Both the position numbers and the translations under genes were made by a program. The notes beneath the pieces are model-generated. The model was not told the origin of the DNA. It ran no database searches and saw only the letters and a program-made list of their open reading frames with translations. From a bacterium (lineage in GTDB: Bacteria > Electryoneota > JAOADG01), in the NCBI GenBank assembly GCA_030247525.1, contig JAOTSC010000001.1, positions 92 through 64,091 on the forward strand: 64,000 nt of DNA, read 5' to 3'. Below are positions 1-10,594 of the stretch, piece by piece (the first letter of the stretch is position 1; each line of letters begins with the position of its first letter).

Positions 1-112
1 CTATATCAAACACTTCATACTCACCTTGCATACCGTAATGCGTAAGCGCTGCCTGATGTAATTTTTGCGAAAGCGAATGTGCAATGTTCTCGCCAAGCAA
101 ACCGAGTTTCAT
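1..112 (-). CDS. aroE: shikimate dehydrogenase (AroE), N-terminal fragment; gene continues beyond the window start
   Basis: Minus-strand ATG at 112..110 gives MKLGLLGENIAHSLSQKLHQAALTHYGMQGEYEVFDI. This matches the AroE N-terminal signature (G-x-P-I-x-HS-x-SP-x-H). The start overlaps the aroA stop as ATGA. Confidence 0.5.
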   Translation of the reverse strand, partial: MKLGLLGENIAHSLSQKLHQAALTHYGMQGEYEVFDI

Positions 113-1404
113 CTTACCGCTCCTGTCAACGCTTGGAGTTCTGAAAAAAATGTCGGGTAGGATATTGCGGCACACTCTGCGCCAAGCAACGTTGTTTCAC
201 CGGAAGCGCATAACCCGGCAATAGCGAAACTCAAGGCGATACGATGATCCATTTGACAATCGATTACCGCGCCTCGCAACCGCTTCACGGACGCGAATGC
301 GAAACCGTCGGCGAACAACTCACAATCGACTCCCATTGCGCGAAGCCCATTCACTGTAGCGATTATCCGGTCGGACTCTTTATTTCGCAACTCGTTAGCG
401 CCACGGACAGAGAATGCTCCGCCCGATGCCGCCGCGAGAACCGCTAACAAAGGAATTTCATCAATAACTGCCGCAACCGTAGTCTCATCAATCATAAAGG
501 AAAGCGCACCCGCGGATTTACAGCGAAGCGTTCCCATCGGTTCGTTGCCTGAATTATTGGTTTTCGTAATTTCGATTGCTGCGCTTTGTTGTTGGATCTG
601 TTCGATGAATCCAGTTCGAGTTGGATTTACCCCAACTGCATCGATGAACAGTTCGGAATTGTCTAACAATAGCGCTGCCGCAATCCAATACGCCGCGCTG
701 GATACGTCGCCTGGTATCGTATCCGCAGGAATATCGAACTCACAATTTTTATCGATTTGCCATTCGATAGCTTCACCGACCTTATACGGCTGTAATCCGA
801 GCAACCGTTCGGTGTGATCGCGCGTCGAGGTTGTTTCCACGACAATCGTTTCTCCAGTGGCAAACAATCCTGCCGCCAGCACCGCGGATTTTACCTGTGC
901 GCTGGCGATAGTAGGGGTGTAGAGTATACCATGTAACTGAGCTGGTTGGACATTAATCGGCAAGCATCCATTCGTAGAATGGATCGCAGCACCCATCTCA
1001 CGCAATGGTTTCGCGACGCGATCCATCGGACGCAGCGATAGCGATGCATCGCCCACGAGGGTTGCCTCGCATCCTTGCCCCGCGACAAGACCCATAAGCA
1101 GACGCATCGTTGTACCGGAATTTCCACAGTCGACATCCGAAAGTGGCGATTGCCAATCCTGCAAACCCCTTATCGTAACAAGTTGTTGGGAGGGCGACAT
1201 TGCTGTTCGCGTAACCGTGCAACCAAATTGCTCGATTGCTCGAAGCGATTGGAATACATCCGCGCCACATCGATCAAGTAATATTGTCGAAATTTTTGGA
1301 AGGATACCGGAAAAGAGAATGCGACGATGGGAAATCGATTTATCGGAAGGGACAGTTACTCTTGCTCGCAGCGGTTTTTGCGGCGCTGCGATTCGCACGT
1401 TCAT
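109..1404 (-). CDS. aroA: 3-phosphoshikimate 1-carboxyvinyltransferase (EPSP synthase)
   Basis: 431 aa. Contains VTVPSDKSISHRRILF, GNSGTTMRLL and a C-terminal RxR/D-rich region typical of EPSP synthase. The ATGA overlap with the upstream gene at 1401-1404 indicates translational coupling. Confidence 0.9.
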   Translation of the reverse strand: MNVRIAAPQKPLRARVTVPSDKSISHRRILFSGILPKISTILLDRCGADVFQSLRAIEQFGCTVTRTAMSPSQQLVTIRGLQDWQSPLSDVDCGNSGTTMRLLMGLVAGQGCEATLVGDASLSLRPMDRVAKPLREMGAAIHSTNGCLPINVQPAQLHGILYTPTIASAQVKSAVLAAGLFATGETIVVETTSTRDHTERLLGLQPYKVGEAIEWQIDKNCEFDIPADTIPGDVSSAAYWIAAALLLDNSELFIDAVGVNPTRTGFIEQIQQQSAAIEITKTNNSGNEPMGTLRCKSAGALSFMIDETTVAAVIDEIPLLAVLAAASGGAFSVRGANELRNKESDRIIATVNGLRAMGVDCELFADGFAFASVKRLRGAVIDCQMDHRIALSFAIAGLCASGETTLLGAECAAISYPTFFSELQALTGAVR

Positions 1405-2288
1405 CGCTCGAACCGTCGATTCACCGCTGAAGCGAGGATCGCAATTTTATCTGATAACTCGAAGAGTTGTTCGGGGTATAGCGATTGGTCACCATCGGAT
1501 AAGGCAACTTTCGGATCGGGGTGAAACTCGACGATGAGTCCATCAGCGCCGGCGGCGATGGCGGCTTGCGCTACGGGCAGCACCAAAGAACGGTCGCCGG
1601 TAGCATGACTGGGATCGGCAATAATCGGCAGTCTACTAATTTGTTTAATTTTGGGAATAATCGTTAAATCGAACGTACTGCGCGAGAAGTCGTCAAAGGT
1701 GCGGATTCCGCGTTCGCATAAAACAATCTGGTCGTTTCCCTCGGCAAGGATGTACTCCGCGGCATTCAACAACTCAAACAGCGTCGATGACATCCCACGT
1801 TTTAACAACACCGGACGTTTACTCTTACCGGCGCGACGCAGCAAACTAAAATTCTGCATATTGCGCGAACCGATTTGCAGCATATCGGCGATAGGCTCGA
1901 GCAAATCGACATGTTCGGGATCCATCACTTCGGTAACAATCTTGAGCCCAAACTCATCGGCGGCATCACGCATCATTCGGATCGCTTCGTAACCGTACCC
2001 CTGAAACGAGTAGGGCGAAGTACGCGGCTTGTAACCACCGCCGCGCAAGAGTTTCGCGCCCGCTTGCTTTGCTAAATTCGCGCTGGCGCGGATTTGCGCT
2101 TCCGATTCGACGGCGCAGGGTCCCGCGATTAGAATAAGTTCAGAACCACCAAAAACGACATCGCCAACCCGTACGAGATGAGCTTCGCTTCCCTCGACTT
2201 TTAATACGCCGGGGGGTGCGAATTGTGGCTCAGTCGCACCGGGAAAACCGATGTTCTGATGTGCTGGGATGTGGGTTCCGATTGCCAT
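1401..2288 (-). CDS. aroF: 3-deoxy-7-phosphoheptulonate (DAHP) synthase, class I-beta (KDO8PS-like fold)
   Basis: 295 aa. LIAGPCAVES and KPRTSPYSFQG discriminate DAHP synthase from KdsA, whose motif is KANRSS. HATGDR is also present. Confidence 0.85.
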   Translation of the reverse strand: MAIGTHIPAHQNIGFPGATEPQFAPPGVLKVEGSEAHLVRVGDVVFGGSELILIAGPCAVESEAQIRASANLAKQAGAKLLRGGGYKPRTSPYSFQGYGYEAIRMMRDAADEFGLKIVTEVMDPEHVDLLEPIADMLQIGSRNMQNFSLLRRAGKSKRPVLLKRGMSSTLFELLNAAEYILAEGNDQIVLCERGIRTFDDFSRSTFDLTIIPKIKQISRLPIIADPSHATGDRSLVLPVAQAAIAAGADGLIVEFHPDPKVALSDGDQSLYPEQLFELSDKIAILASAVNRRFER

Positions 2289-2375
2289 TGTTTGTTCGTT
2301 ACAGTCTTTCTATGATATACGTCAATATTTCTATGGTGTGACCAATAATTTCGCATATTCCGGTTGCGAGCGCAA

Positions 2376-3845
2376 CTATTGCTCCAAGGTCCCGTTCTCA
2401 TTAACGTTTAGCGACAACAGCGCCCGAATTGCCTGACGGTCAGGTTTACCGGTTGGCAATAAAGGTAACTCAGGTAACAGAAGCCAGCGTTTTGGTAACT
2501 TGTAGCGCGCCAGTTGCCTGCCGAGATAGTCCACCAACATCACTGAATCGACGCGATCACTGTGTTTCGGGACAACTACCGCCACAACCAACTCTCCCCA
2601 CTCCTGGTCGGGAACACCTAACACCACAACCGAAGTCACTTCCGGATGTTTTAACAAACATAGCTCAATTTCATGAGGTGCGATGTTTTCGCCACCGCTG
2701 ACAATTCGATCGCTGCGACGACTTACAATTGTCAAAGCATCGTCAGGATTTAAGTATCCGAAATCGCCGGTTTGAAACCATCCGTTTTGCATTGGTGATA
2801 CGATGCCCGTCACGGTTTCGTAGCCATCGAACAACGCAGGGCTGGCAACCCAAACATCGCCAACTTCATTGATTGGCAAAGGAGTATGCGATTCGTCGCG
2901 GATCTCGATGCGAACTCCGGGCAGCGGAATACCGGCGGTGCTGCGGATTTCAGTTGTTGCGTGAAGCGGTACGGTTGTTATCTGCGAACCGGTTTCACTC
3001 ATACCATACGTTGCAAGTATCCGGTGATCGCGCAACAGCAACTCTTCGGTTGCCATGCCACCACCGGCGAGCATAGATCGAAATTTATCGGGAAACCGAT
3101 AATTGGGCATCGCTTGATAGAGGCGCTCGAGGGAAGTGGGTACCATTGCGGCGCGAGTAACGCCGGCTTGCTCGATGAACGACGTTATTGCGGTAGCATC
3201 ACGAAGTTGCTCCAGCTCCGGCAAGACAATCGAACAACCGCAGCTCATTTGCTTGAACAGTGTACTAATGCCGCCGATATGAAACAGCGGTAACGTGAGC
3301 AACCAACGATCCTCGGCAAGTAGTTGCAGATGCTCGACCGATATCTGTGCATGGCTAACCAACGCGTTCCACGACAGTGCAACCCGTTTCGGTTCACCAC
3401 TGCTCCCGGATGTATACAGGAGTAATGCTAGTTTGGCGGGAGAGAAATCCAGAAGTGTATTATGCGCAGAATTCTCTTCTACCAGTTGCGTTACAGGTAC
3501 TTTGTTAGGATGATTGACACGATGATTATTTGCAGCATCGACGAGTAATAGATCCAATCGAGCAGCATCGATTTCCCGTTGCAACTGTTCGTCTCGCCAA
3601 TTTAGCGGCAGTGGTATGAGCGTGTTTCCCGACGCCCATACTGCATGAGCGGCAAAAATACATTCCTTACTATTTGCCGCAAATACCGCGATACGATTTC
3701 CACCAGTCGAATCCAACAATTCCTGTAACGCATTGGCAACGCACTTCACTTTGTGATTGAGTGTGGAAAATGTGAGCTGTTCGCTCATACTTTGCAATGC
3801 AAGGGAATCTGAGAGTTTCTCTGCTGTGCTGGTTAAGGGATACAC
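2376..3845 (-). CDS. menE: o-succinylbenzoate-CoA ligase (AMP-dependent synthetase/ligase)
   Basis: 489 aa. AMP-binding motifs YTSGSSGEPKRV, TYGMSETG and GWFQTGD are present. The gene sits in the men operon immediately downstream of menC. Confidence 0.75.
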   Translation of the reverse strand: MYPLTSTAEKLSDSLALQSMSEQLTFSTLNHKVKCVANALQELLDSTGGNRIAVFAANSKECIFAAHAVWASGNTLIPLPLNWRDEQLQREIDAARLDLLLVDAANNHRVNHPNKVPVTQLVEENSAHNTLLDFSPAKLALLLYTSGSSGEPKRVALSWNALVSHAQISVEHLQLLAEDRWLLTLPLFHIGGISTLFKQMSCGCSIVLPELEQLRDATAITSFIEQAGVTRAAMVPTSLERLYQAMPNYRFPDKFRSMLAGGGMATEELLLRDHRILATYGMSETGSQITTVPLHATTEIRSTAGIPLPGVRIEIRDESHTPLPINEVGDVWVASPALFDGYETVTGIVSPMQNGWFQTGDFGYLNPDDALTIVSRRSDRIVSGGENIAPHEIELCLLKHPEVTSVVVLGVPDQEWGELVVAVVVPKHSDRVDSVMLVDYLGRQLARYKLPKRWLLLPELPLLPTGKPDRQAIRALLSLNVNENGTLEQ

Positions 3846-3846
3846 G

Positions 3847-4953
3847 CTAACGACTCCGAATCTGGGTAAGAATCTCCGGGGAAAGCGTCACTCCGATTCC
3901 CAGCGTGGATGGTATGTGAGCGGTGCCTTGCATGACCGGAATGGGATTCGAAACAATGTCGGATGTGAAACCACTTTGCGTCATAATCCCCATCGCGGTA
4001 TCGCAATTTATTGCGGCTGCGATCTGTAAGTACATCGCATTGGCGACCGCCGAATCCATCGCCGACGACAAGACGATTTTTCCTCCGGCATTTCTGACCT
4101 TTCTGCAAAACTCGATAGTCTGATCGATAGAACCAATTACCATCGGTTTGATTACAAATACTGCACTGGGAAAGCGTTGCAGCCACCAGACTCGATCTTC
4201 CGCCGATGCGATCGACTCATCCAATGCAATCGGAAGCGGCGATGTTTGTAGTAATGCAAGCAGTTCTGTCTTTTGTTCGCGCGGGAGCGGTTGCTCGATA
4301 TACTCGATGGGAAGTTTCTCTGTCTGACGAATGATTTCCATCGTCTCTGAAACACTCCATTGTTCATTCGCGTCGATGCGCAGTGACGAAAATTGTGTGC
4401 AAGAACAAATCGCTTTGAGTACGGTTAAGAATTGGAGAGAATCCGGCAGCGATTTGCATTTGATCGTGGAATACCCTTGTTGCATCGCATTCTCAGCCGC
4501 AGCAAGTAATGTTTGTTCGGTCGTCCCCGATAACAAAGCGGAAAGCGTAACAGAGTCACTCGCATGTGGGTTCAGCAATTTCGCGATCGGTTGGTTTCGT
4601 TCTTTCGCCACTGCATCAATTAATGCTGTTGATAAAGCAAATTGCACCGACGGAGAGTGCGGGAACCAGGTGGAAAATACGTCTCGAAGCTGAAAGACGC
4701 CATTCTCGACAAAGAATTCCGGTTGCTTCTCTGCAATGAATCCACGACACTGCGATAGTTCACGAATCACGAAATCATCGGAGTCGTTACCCCAACCCGC
4801 CAAGGAAGCCGCTTCTCCGATCCCGGTGAGACCGGAATCGAATACAAGTTCCAATAAGTACACGGTTCTGGTTTTTGCGATTCGAGACCCGATGCGGGTA
4901 GGTTTTCGGAAGGTTAGCTCATGCGCCATCCAGCGCAACGATTGGAGTTTCAT
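3847..4953 (-). CDS. menC: o-succinylbenzoate synthase (enolase superfamily)
   Basis: Enolase-superfamily TIM-barrel region with metal-ligand Asp/Glu (IDANEQW ... LDES). The likely start is the MKLQSL Met, which forms an ATGA overlap with the menA stop; the ORF-track start at 5019 is probably too long. Confidence 0.7.
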   Translation of the reverse strand: MKLQSLRWMAHELTFRKPTRIGSRIAKTRTVYLLELVFDSGLTGIGEAASLAGWGNDSDDFVIRELSQCRGFIAEKQPEFFVENGVFQLRDVFSTWFPHSPSVQFALSTALIDAVAKERNQPIAKLLNPHASDSVTLSALLSGTTEQTLLAAAENAMQQGYSTIKCKSLPDSLQFLTVLKAICSCTQFSSLRIDANEQWSVSETMEIIRQTEKLPIEYIEQPLPREQKTELLALLQTSPLPIALDESIASAEDRVWWLQRFPSAVFVIKPMVIGSIDQTIEFCRKVRNAGGKIVLSSAMDSAVANAMYLQIAAAINCDTAMGIMTQSGFTSDIVSNPIPVMQGTAHIPSTLGIGVTLSPEILTQIRSR

Positions 4954-5837
4954 CGGGTGAGCGCCAACGAAAACAGAATGCCAAAGAGTAGTTGCAATCG
5001 CGCTGTTTGCGCCAAGCATTTTAGAAATGAGTCTTTATCGGTGCGGGTGAGAATTAGTTTCATCGGCTCAATTGCTAATGGAAGCGAAGCAAAAATGAGT
5101 AGAATCGAGACGAAACTGGTTTTGTCTAACAGGAATAGTACAAGCACCGCGGCACTGTATGCAAAAAGTATCGTAAGGATATATTCGATTCGACCAAAGG
5201 TATAGCCAAATCGTGCCGGCAAAGTCCACTTTCCCGCCGCCCGGTCATTGGGAATATCGCGTGTATTGTTCACCACGAGCAACGAAGTTGCGAGCATACC
5301 CGAAGCGACGCCGGCAATCACCGCAACGTACGACCACTCCAACGTCAACAAATTGTAGGTTCCCGCTACTGCAACGATACCGAAAAACAAGATGACAAAC
5401 AGCTCACTCATTCCCCGGTAAGCAATCGAATACGAGCCGGCAGTGTACCAGACACCGCACGCAACCGAAGTCAAACCGATTGCGACAATCCACCACCCGC
5501 CACGTAGCGCAAGCGGAACTCCCACCAGAATTGCGATGGCAAAGATTGTCCAAAATCCGATTTGAACGACCGTTGGTTTGAGAATGCCCGCTTGTGTTAC
5601 TCGTGTTGGTCCAATTCGCATTTCGTTGTCGGTCCCTTTGCGAAAATCGTAATAGTCGTTCGCGACATTCGTTCCGATTTGAATGAGCAACGCTGCAATG
5701 AGAATCGGTAACACCCAAAGCGGCGCAAACTGCGGATGCGACGAAGCGAGCGCAAATCCGATGGCAACCGGAACGACCGATGCAATCAGGGTTTTCGGAC
5801 GTGCCGCCAGCAACCAAGGGTATAGTTTCTCAAGCAT
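4950..5837 (-). CDS. menA: 1,4-dihydroxy-2-naphthoate octaprenyltransferase
   Basis: 295 aa polytopic membrane protein. Carries the UbiA-family Asp-rich motif NDYYDFRKGTD and the typical MenA N-terminus (WLLAARPKTL). Confidence 0.85.
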   Translation of the reverse strand: MLEKLYPWLLAARPKTLIASVVPVAIGFALASSHPQFAPLWVLPILIAALLIQIGTNVANDYYDFRKGTDNEMRIGPTRVTQAGILKPTVVQIGFWTIFAIAILVGVPLALRGGWWIVAIGLTSVACGVWYTAGSYSIAYRGMSELFVILFFGIVAVAGTYNLLTLEWSYVAVIAGVASGMLATSLLVVNNTRDIPNDRAAGKWTLPARFGYTFGRIEYILTILFAYSAAVLVLFLLDKTSFVSILLIFASLPLAIEPMKLILTRTDKDSFLKCLAQTARLQLLFGILFSLALTR

Positions 5838-5842
5838 TGGAG

Positions 5843-6664
5843 TTACGGCAATCGAGGAAATTTCTCGAAATCGGGCGTTCGTTTTTCGAGATAAGCTTTC
5901 TTTCCTTCTTGTCCCTCTTCGCTCATGTAATAAAGCATCGTCGTGTTGCCCGCGAGCTCTTGAATTCCCGCCTCGCCATCGGTGTCAGCATTAAAAGCGG
6001 ATTTTAAACAGCGGAGCGCCATCGGAGAAAGCGCCAACATTTCACGGCACCATTGCACTGTGGTCGCTTCCAGTTCCCGGAGCGGTACGACTGTATTGAC
6101 CAACCCCATCGCTAACGCTTCCTGCGCATTGTATTGGCGGCAGAGGAACCAGATCTCTTTCGCTTTTTTATGACCGACGATGCGCGCCAAATAACCGGCG
6201 CCGAACCCGCCATCGAAACTACCAACTCGCGGTCCCGTCTGACCAAACCTGGCGTTCTCCGCAGCAATCGTTAAATCGCAAACGATGTGCAATACATGAC
6301 CGCCGCCAATCGCATAACCGGCAACCATTGCTACCACTGGTTTTGGCAGACTGCGAATTTGTTTTTGTAAATCGAGTACGTTTAAGCGAGGAACGCCTTG
6401 TTGATCGACGTATCCTTGCTCACCGCGAATACGTTGATCGCCGCCGCTGCAAAACGCCAAATCGCCAGCTCCGGTAAGGATAGCTACTCCGACATGCGGA
6501 TCTTCGCGAACATCGTAAAATGCGGATTGCAATTCCACCAAAGTCAACGGGCGAAATGCATTCCGCACTTCGGGACGATTGATGGTAATCTTAGCGATCC
6601 CTTCCGCTTTTTCGTAAACGATATCGGTATAGTTTCCACATTTCTCCCAATTCGGAATCGACAT
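5843..6664 (-). CDS. menB: 1,4-dihydroxy-2-naphthoyl-CoA synthase (crotonase fold)
   Basis: Contains [33 protein letters not shown] and [46 protein letters not shown], a near-canonical MenB signature. The start is taken at the internal Met (MSIPNWEK), which has a GGAAAGGA ribosome-binding site. Confidence 0.9.
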   Translation of the reverse strand: MSIPNWEKCGNYTDIVYEKAEGIAKITINRPEVRNAFRPLTLVELQSAFYDVREDPHVGVAILTGAGDLAFCSGGDQRIRGEQGYVDQQGVPRLNVLDLQKQIRSLPKPVVAMVAGYAIGGGHVLHIVCDLTIAAENARFGQTGPRVGSFDGGFGAGYLARIVGHKKAKEIWFLCRQYNAQEALAMGLVNTVVPLRELEATTVQWCREMLALSPMALRCLKSAFNADTDGEAGIQELAGNTTMLYYMSEEGQEGKKAYLEKRTPDFEKFPRLP

Positions 6665-6698
6665 TTTGTTTCCTTTCCTCGAAAATCGGCTAACAAAT

Positions 6699-9344
6699 TT
6701 AGCGGTTTGCATTCCCGGCAAAAAACGAAATCATGGTCGACAACAGCTCTACCGGCGCTTCCGTGAGCACATCATGTCCGCAATCGAAATATTTCACTTT
6801 CCACTGAGGAATCTTTGCAGCAAGCTGTTTCGTCAACTCGCTGTACTTATCATCGCGAGTACCTGCCACTAGCATCGCCGGGAAATTCACTTTGCACAAT
6901 TCCGGAAGTACATCCGGTTGGTTACCCACCGAAAACAACCGAAGTGCTTGCGATAATTGTTGTGGGTCTTGTCGCAGCCATTGATTCCGCATTGCTTTTG
7001 TTTGCAGAGCGTTTACATTCTTACGCGAAGCGAGTAATGGCAACTTACTCCAATACTCAGCGAACCACTCCATTCCGTTTATACTAATGTTTTTCGCAAG
7101 CAGCTCATCGCTCTGCAATCGCTGCGCTCGTTCGATGGGATCGGCGATGCCGGTTGTACCGCTGATAAACATTGCACTGTGAATGTTTGCGGGATGCTGT
7201 GCCGCATAAACGTAGGCAAGCCGCGCGCCCATCGAATACCCAACAATCCGTAGCGGTTCGGATAACTCCGTTGTGAGAATTTCATACAATGAATCTGCCA
7301 CTGCGGCAATCGTATCCGAAGTGTCCGAATCGATTTGCGAATAACGATGACCCAGTAAATCGGGAACCAACAGAAAATACGTTTCGCAAAGCTTACGGAC
7401 GAACGGCAGCCATACGGAACCGGAGACGGCAAAACCGTGCAGCAATAACAGTGGCGGGTTTCGGGGATCGCCATACCGGGCAATGTGCCAACTATTCTTA
7501 CGAGTACGAGATTTTTGGATATGTCGTTGACAAGCTGTTTCGAGAGTCGCTCTCGTCAAATTCTTATACTGCTGCGCGTTCTCTTCGCGCGGCGAACATA
7601 CTTCCAATAGCCGCGGTTTCATCCAATCGATATCGGCAATTTCCGACAATTCACATCGATGGTAGGGAACGCCGAATGCCGCCGCCACTTTTTCAAAATC
7701 GGTTGTGTGCGGCGTGCCATGCGTTACTTCAAAACTCGACACCGCACGATGTTCAGTATTCTCAAATTCGGGAATCGTATAAGCAATGGGAAGATGATGA
7801 AAAATCCCACCGCCGTTATCGTTCAGCAGGAGAATCGTCAAGGGAACCTGTAATCGTGCTAGTAAACTCAGCGCGTTCAGATCGTGCAGCAACGCGAGAT
7901 CGCCGGTTACCAATAACGTCGGTTGTTTAGTAGCATGAGCGATTCCAATTGCTGTCGAAAGCGTTCCATCGATGCCGTTAACGCCTTTGTTCGCAAAAAC
8001 ATGCTGCGGCTTCAAGGTGTCAAGAAAACGGTCGGCATAACGAATCGACATCGAATTCGCCAACACTACATTGGATTCAGTCGGTAGATTTTCGACAATA
8101 CTTCGCATAGCTACGATGAACTGCGGTACAACAGAATTTGTCGCTTTGCTTTCGACAGCTTGCTTAACACGCTGTTCAATCGAGACGATATTGCGCGTTA
8201 TTATATCAGGTGAACGTTGCGGCATTGCGGCAGTTAGTAACGTAAGAAGCACTACCGTATCTCCCTGCAGCGTTTGGGTGACGATATCGTCGGGATCGAT
8301 CCGGTCGCGATGTTCTTGAATGCGAATCACCGATTTTGCGAATTTCATCCATGCGGCGATTGCCTTTGAGGTCGGATATTTACCTAACCAGATAACAGTA
8401 TCGACGCCACAATTCTGTTGGCTGAGACATTGCGCAAGCAAATCGGGATAATTAAGTGCGGCAGTCGATGTGCGAACACCAGAGCATACATCGGCGAAAA
8501 GCGGCGTATTCGTTTGGAGCGCAAATTCGATAATCGCGTTTGTTGTTTCATCATTGCGGGCGGCATCGGGTCCTGCTACAATTGCAAACGAATGGGAATG
8601 CTGTAATGTCGTCCGGAGTTGACGGTTGATCCCTCGCTGTAAGGGCGATGTACTCACATCGCGTCTTTGAAAAAGCAACACTTTTCGAGCGATATCTTGT
8701 TGCGTTTTACTCCATTGCGCTTGCGTGATTTTCTTCTTGCCGGAAATTGGCTGCAATGGTTCATCGAATTGACAATTGATATGTACCGCACCGCCATCGC
8801 TGGCAATCGTCCGACGATAGGCATCGATTGCGAGAGTTATTATCTCCCGAGAACCTTGCCCGCTACTGACCGATGGTAACTGACTCGAGTGTACCGAAAA
8901 CTTGCCGAAGATGTTCGACTGGGGAATGGTTTGTGGGGCTCCGCAATTTTGCAAATGGTCTGGTCGATCTGCTGTTAGAACAATCATCGGAACCTGCGAC
9001 ATGCGCGCTTCAACCACTGCCGGGAAGTGATTTGCGACGGCAGTACCGGAAGTGCAGATCAATACTGCTGGCACTCCGGTTACTTTTCCGATACCGAGTG
9101 CAACGAACGCCGCCGAGCGTTCATCGATATCGACAATGATTTCCAACCCTTTCGTATGCAGAGCGACATGCGCCAACGGTGTGCTGCGCGAACCGGGAGA
9201 AATAACGGCGGTGCGAACTCCGCACTTCACGATTGTCTCGAGTAGTATCGCAGCGCGAAGCCAGTTTTCGTTCGGCGGAATCAACGGACGCCGCCAAAAA
9301 GCAAGTTCCACATCGGCTGTAGTTTCAGTGTTGTCTCGTACCAT
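6699..9344 (-). CDS. menD: bifunctional fusion: SEPHCHC synthase (MenD, ThDP-dependent) plus SHCHC synthase (MenH, alpha/beta hydrolase)
   Basis: 881 aa. The N-terminal ~590 aa carry the MenD motifs ([10 protein letters not shown]; ThDP motif [12 protein letters not shown]...NDNGGGIF). The C-terminal ~280 aa form an alpha/beta hydrolase ([16 protein letters not shown] nucleophile elbow, DCGHDV His) typical of MenH. The junction is near nt 7540. Confidence 0.85.
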   Translation of the reverse strand: MVRDNTETTADVELAFWRRPLIPPNENWLRAAILLETIVKCGVRTAVISPGSRSTPLAHVALHTKGLEIIVDIDERSAAFVALGIGKVTGVPAVLICTSGTAVANHFPAVVEARMSQVPMIVLTADRPDHLQNCGAPQTIPQSNIFGKFSVHSSQLPSVSSGQGSREIITLAIDAYRRTIASDGGAVHINCQFDEPLQPISGKKKITQAQWSKTQQDIARKVLLFQRRDVSTSPLQRGINRQLRTTLQHSHSFAIVAGPDAARNDETTNAIIEFALQTNTPLFADVCSGVRTSTAALNYPDLLAQCLSQQNCGVDTVIWLGKYPTSKAIAAWMKFAKSVIRIQEHRDRIDPDDIVTQTLQGDTVVLLTLLTAAMPQRSPDIITRNIVSIEQRVKQAVESKATNSVVPQFIVAMRSIVENLPTESNVVLANSMSIRYADRFLDTLKPQHVFANKGVNGIDGTLSTAIGIAHATKQPTLLVTGDLALLHDLNALSLLARLQVPLTILLLNDNGGGIFHHLPIAYTIPEFENTEHRAVSSFEVTHGTPHTTDFEKVAAAFGVPYHRCELSEIADIDWMKPRLLEVCSPREENAQQYKNLTRATLETACQRHIQKSRTRKNSWHIARYGDPRNPPLLLLHGFAVSGSVWLPFVRKLCETYFLLVPDLLGHRYSQIDSDTSDTIAAVADSLYEILTTELSEPLRIVGYSMGARLAYVYAAQHPANIHSAMFISGTTGIADPIERAQRLQSDELLAKNISINGMEWFAEYWSKLPLLASRKNVNALQTKAMRNQWLRQDPQQLSQALRLFSVGNQPDVLPELCKVNFPAMLVAGTRDDKYSELTKQLAAKIPQWKVKYFDCGHDVLTEAPVELLSTMISFFAGNANR

Positions 9345-10585
9345 TCGGAGCTGGCATTGGAACCGGCAACCACGCCAACCCCCGCATACAGCGCGGCGTA
9401 GGTCTCGTACAAGATTGCGCTACGAATTGCGACCGCAAACTCGGCATTTTCCCGGTCGACCCAACCGACTGGCCCGGCAAAATACAAACGACTGTGTGAC
9501 TCGTACCTGGCAAGAAATGCCAGCGCGTCTTCTTTTGGATCGCCGCCGGTTGCTGGAGTGGGGTGCAACAAATGAAGAATCTCGTCGACAGAAATGTCGT
9601 TACGCAATTCACCTTGCAGTTCGGTGTACAAATGCTGAACGTGATTCGTTTTCTTGATCGTTGGATCGGGAACAACCGAACAACTCGAGCAGAGCTGCTG
9701 GAGATTCTGCGTCAAAGTTTCCACTACTATCCGTTGCTCTTCGCGATCTTTTTCACTGTTCAGCAACTCTTCTGCTAAAATTCGATCTTCGGCTTCGGTT
9801 GTTCCTCGTCGGCGGGTACCAGCTAACGCATCGACCGTTATTCGACCGTTCCGTATCGAAAAGAGCCTTTCTGGTGATGCTCCGATGAGTACTTCTGCAC
9901 CTGCAGGAAAAAGGAATCGGTAGCAATGAGGCGAACGACGCCGCATCGTATCGAACAGCGATGAGAAGTGTAACGGGTTCGGCAACCGCCAGATTTCACG
10001 GCGGGAAAGTACCGCTTTCCGCAGTCTTCGCTCGGCAATTTCCGTTTGTAGATTGTGAATCAACCATTTCCAACGGTCGTAAGTTGCCGACAACTCAATC
10101 AAACTGGAAAATCCCGCATCGAACTCTTGCTCCGGTTTCTTTCCATCGATCCGATTCAGGTAGTGATCAATAATTGTTTGAGTGGATTGGTTATCGGTTT
10201 GGGATTGGATAACGAGTCCGATCCACTCGCTCCCAAGTTTTGTAATCGTGAGTTGGGGCATCACCCAAGCGGGCAATTCGTTCCATTTCCGGTGATCGAA
10301 CGGTAATGCGCCAAAGCAGCGGGGTGTAACAGCAGTTTCAGGTAGCGATGCCAATGCTGTTTGGGCTTCGGCAGCGAAAAGAAATCGGGAAGTTTCGCCA
10401 AAGCAAACCCACTCCGTTTCATTCACTGCACTAACCCATCGGATAATCCCAGGGAAATTGGCAGTAAGAAAACGGTCGATTACATTGGGGGCAAGTTCGA
10501 CGAGTGTCGATTTATAGCGTAGATTTTCCATCGAAGGAAGATAACAAGCCGGATTCGCGATACGAAACGTGATTCCATCGATCAC
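9281..10585 (-). CDS. menF: isochorismate synthase (menaquinone-specific by context)
   Basis: 434 aa chorismate-binding-enzyme fold. C-terminal motifs YFAGPVGWVD, AIRSA and [20 protein letters not shown] are present. The 3' end overlaps the menD start by 64 nt, so the start of one of the two genes may be mis-set. Confidence 0.8.
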   Translation of the reverse strand: MIDGITFRIANPACYLPSMENLRYKSTLVELAPNVIDRFLTANFPGIIRWVSAVNETEWVCFGETSRFLFAAEAQTALASLPETAVTPRCFGALPFDHRKWNELPAWVMPQLTITKLGSEWIGLVIQSQTDNQSTQTIIDHYLNRIDGKKPEQEFDAGFSSLIELSATYDRWKWLIHNLQTEIAERRLRKAVLSRREIWRLPNPLHFSSLFDTMRRRSPHCYRFLFPAGAEVLIGASPERLFSIRNGRITVDALAGTRRRGTTEAEDRILAEELLNSEKDREEQRIVVETLTQNLQQLCSSCSVVPDPTIKKTNHVQHLYTELQGELRNDISVDEILHLLHPTPATGGDPKEDALAFLARYESHSRLYFAGPVGWVDRENAEFAVAIRSAILYETYAALYAGVGVVAGSNASSEWYETTLKLQPMWNLLFGGVR

Positions 10586-10594
10586 AAACCCAAT

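Noticed and set aside
244-1537. Cluster of 60-135-aa ORFs on both strands inside aroA (for example 244..447, 545..817, 891..1136, 1217..1537)
   Set aside because: They fall entirely inside a well-supported EPSP synthase gene and have no ribosome-binding site or motif. These are typical antisense or out-of-frame artefacts of moderately GC-rich DNA. The same applies to the many short ORFs inside men, suf, mfd and the histidine-kinase genes.
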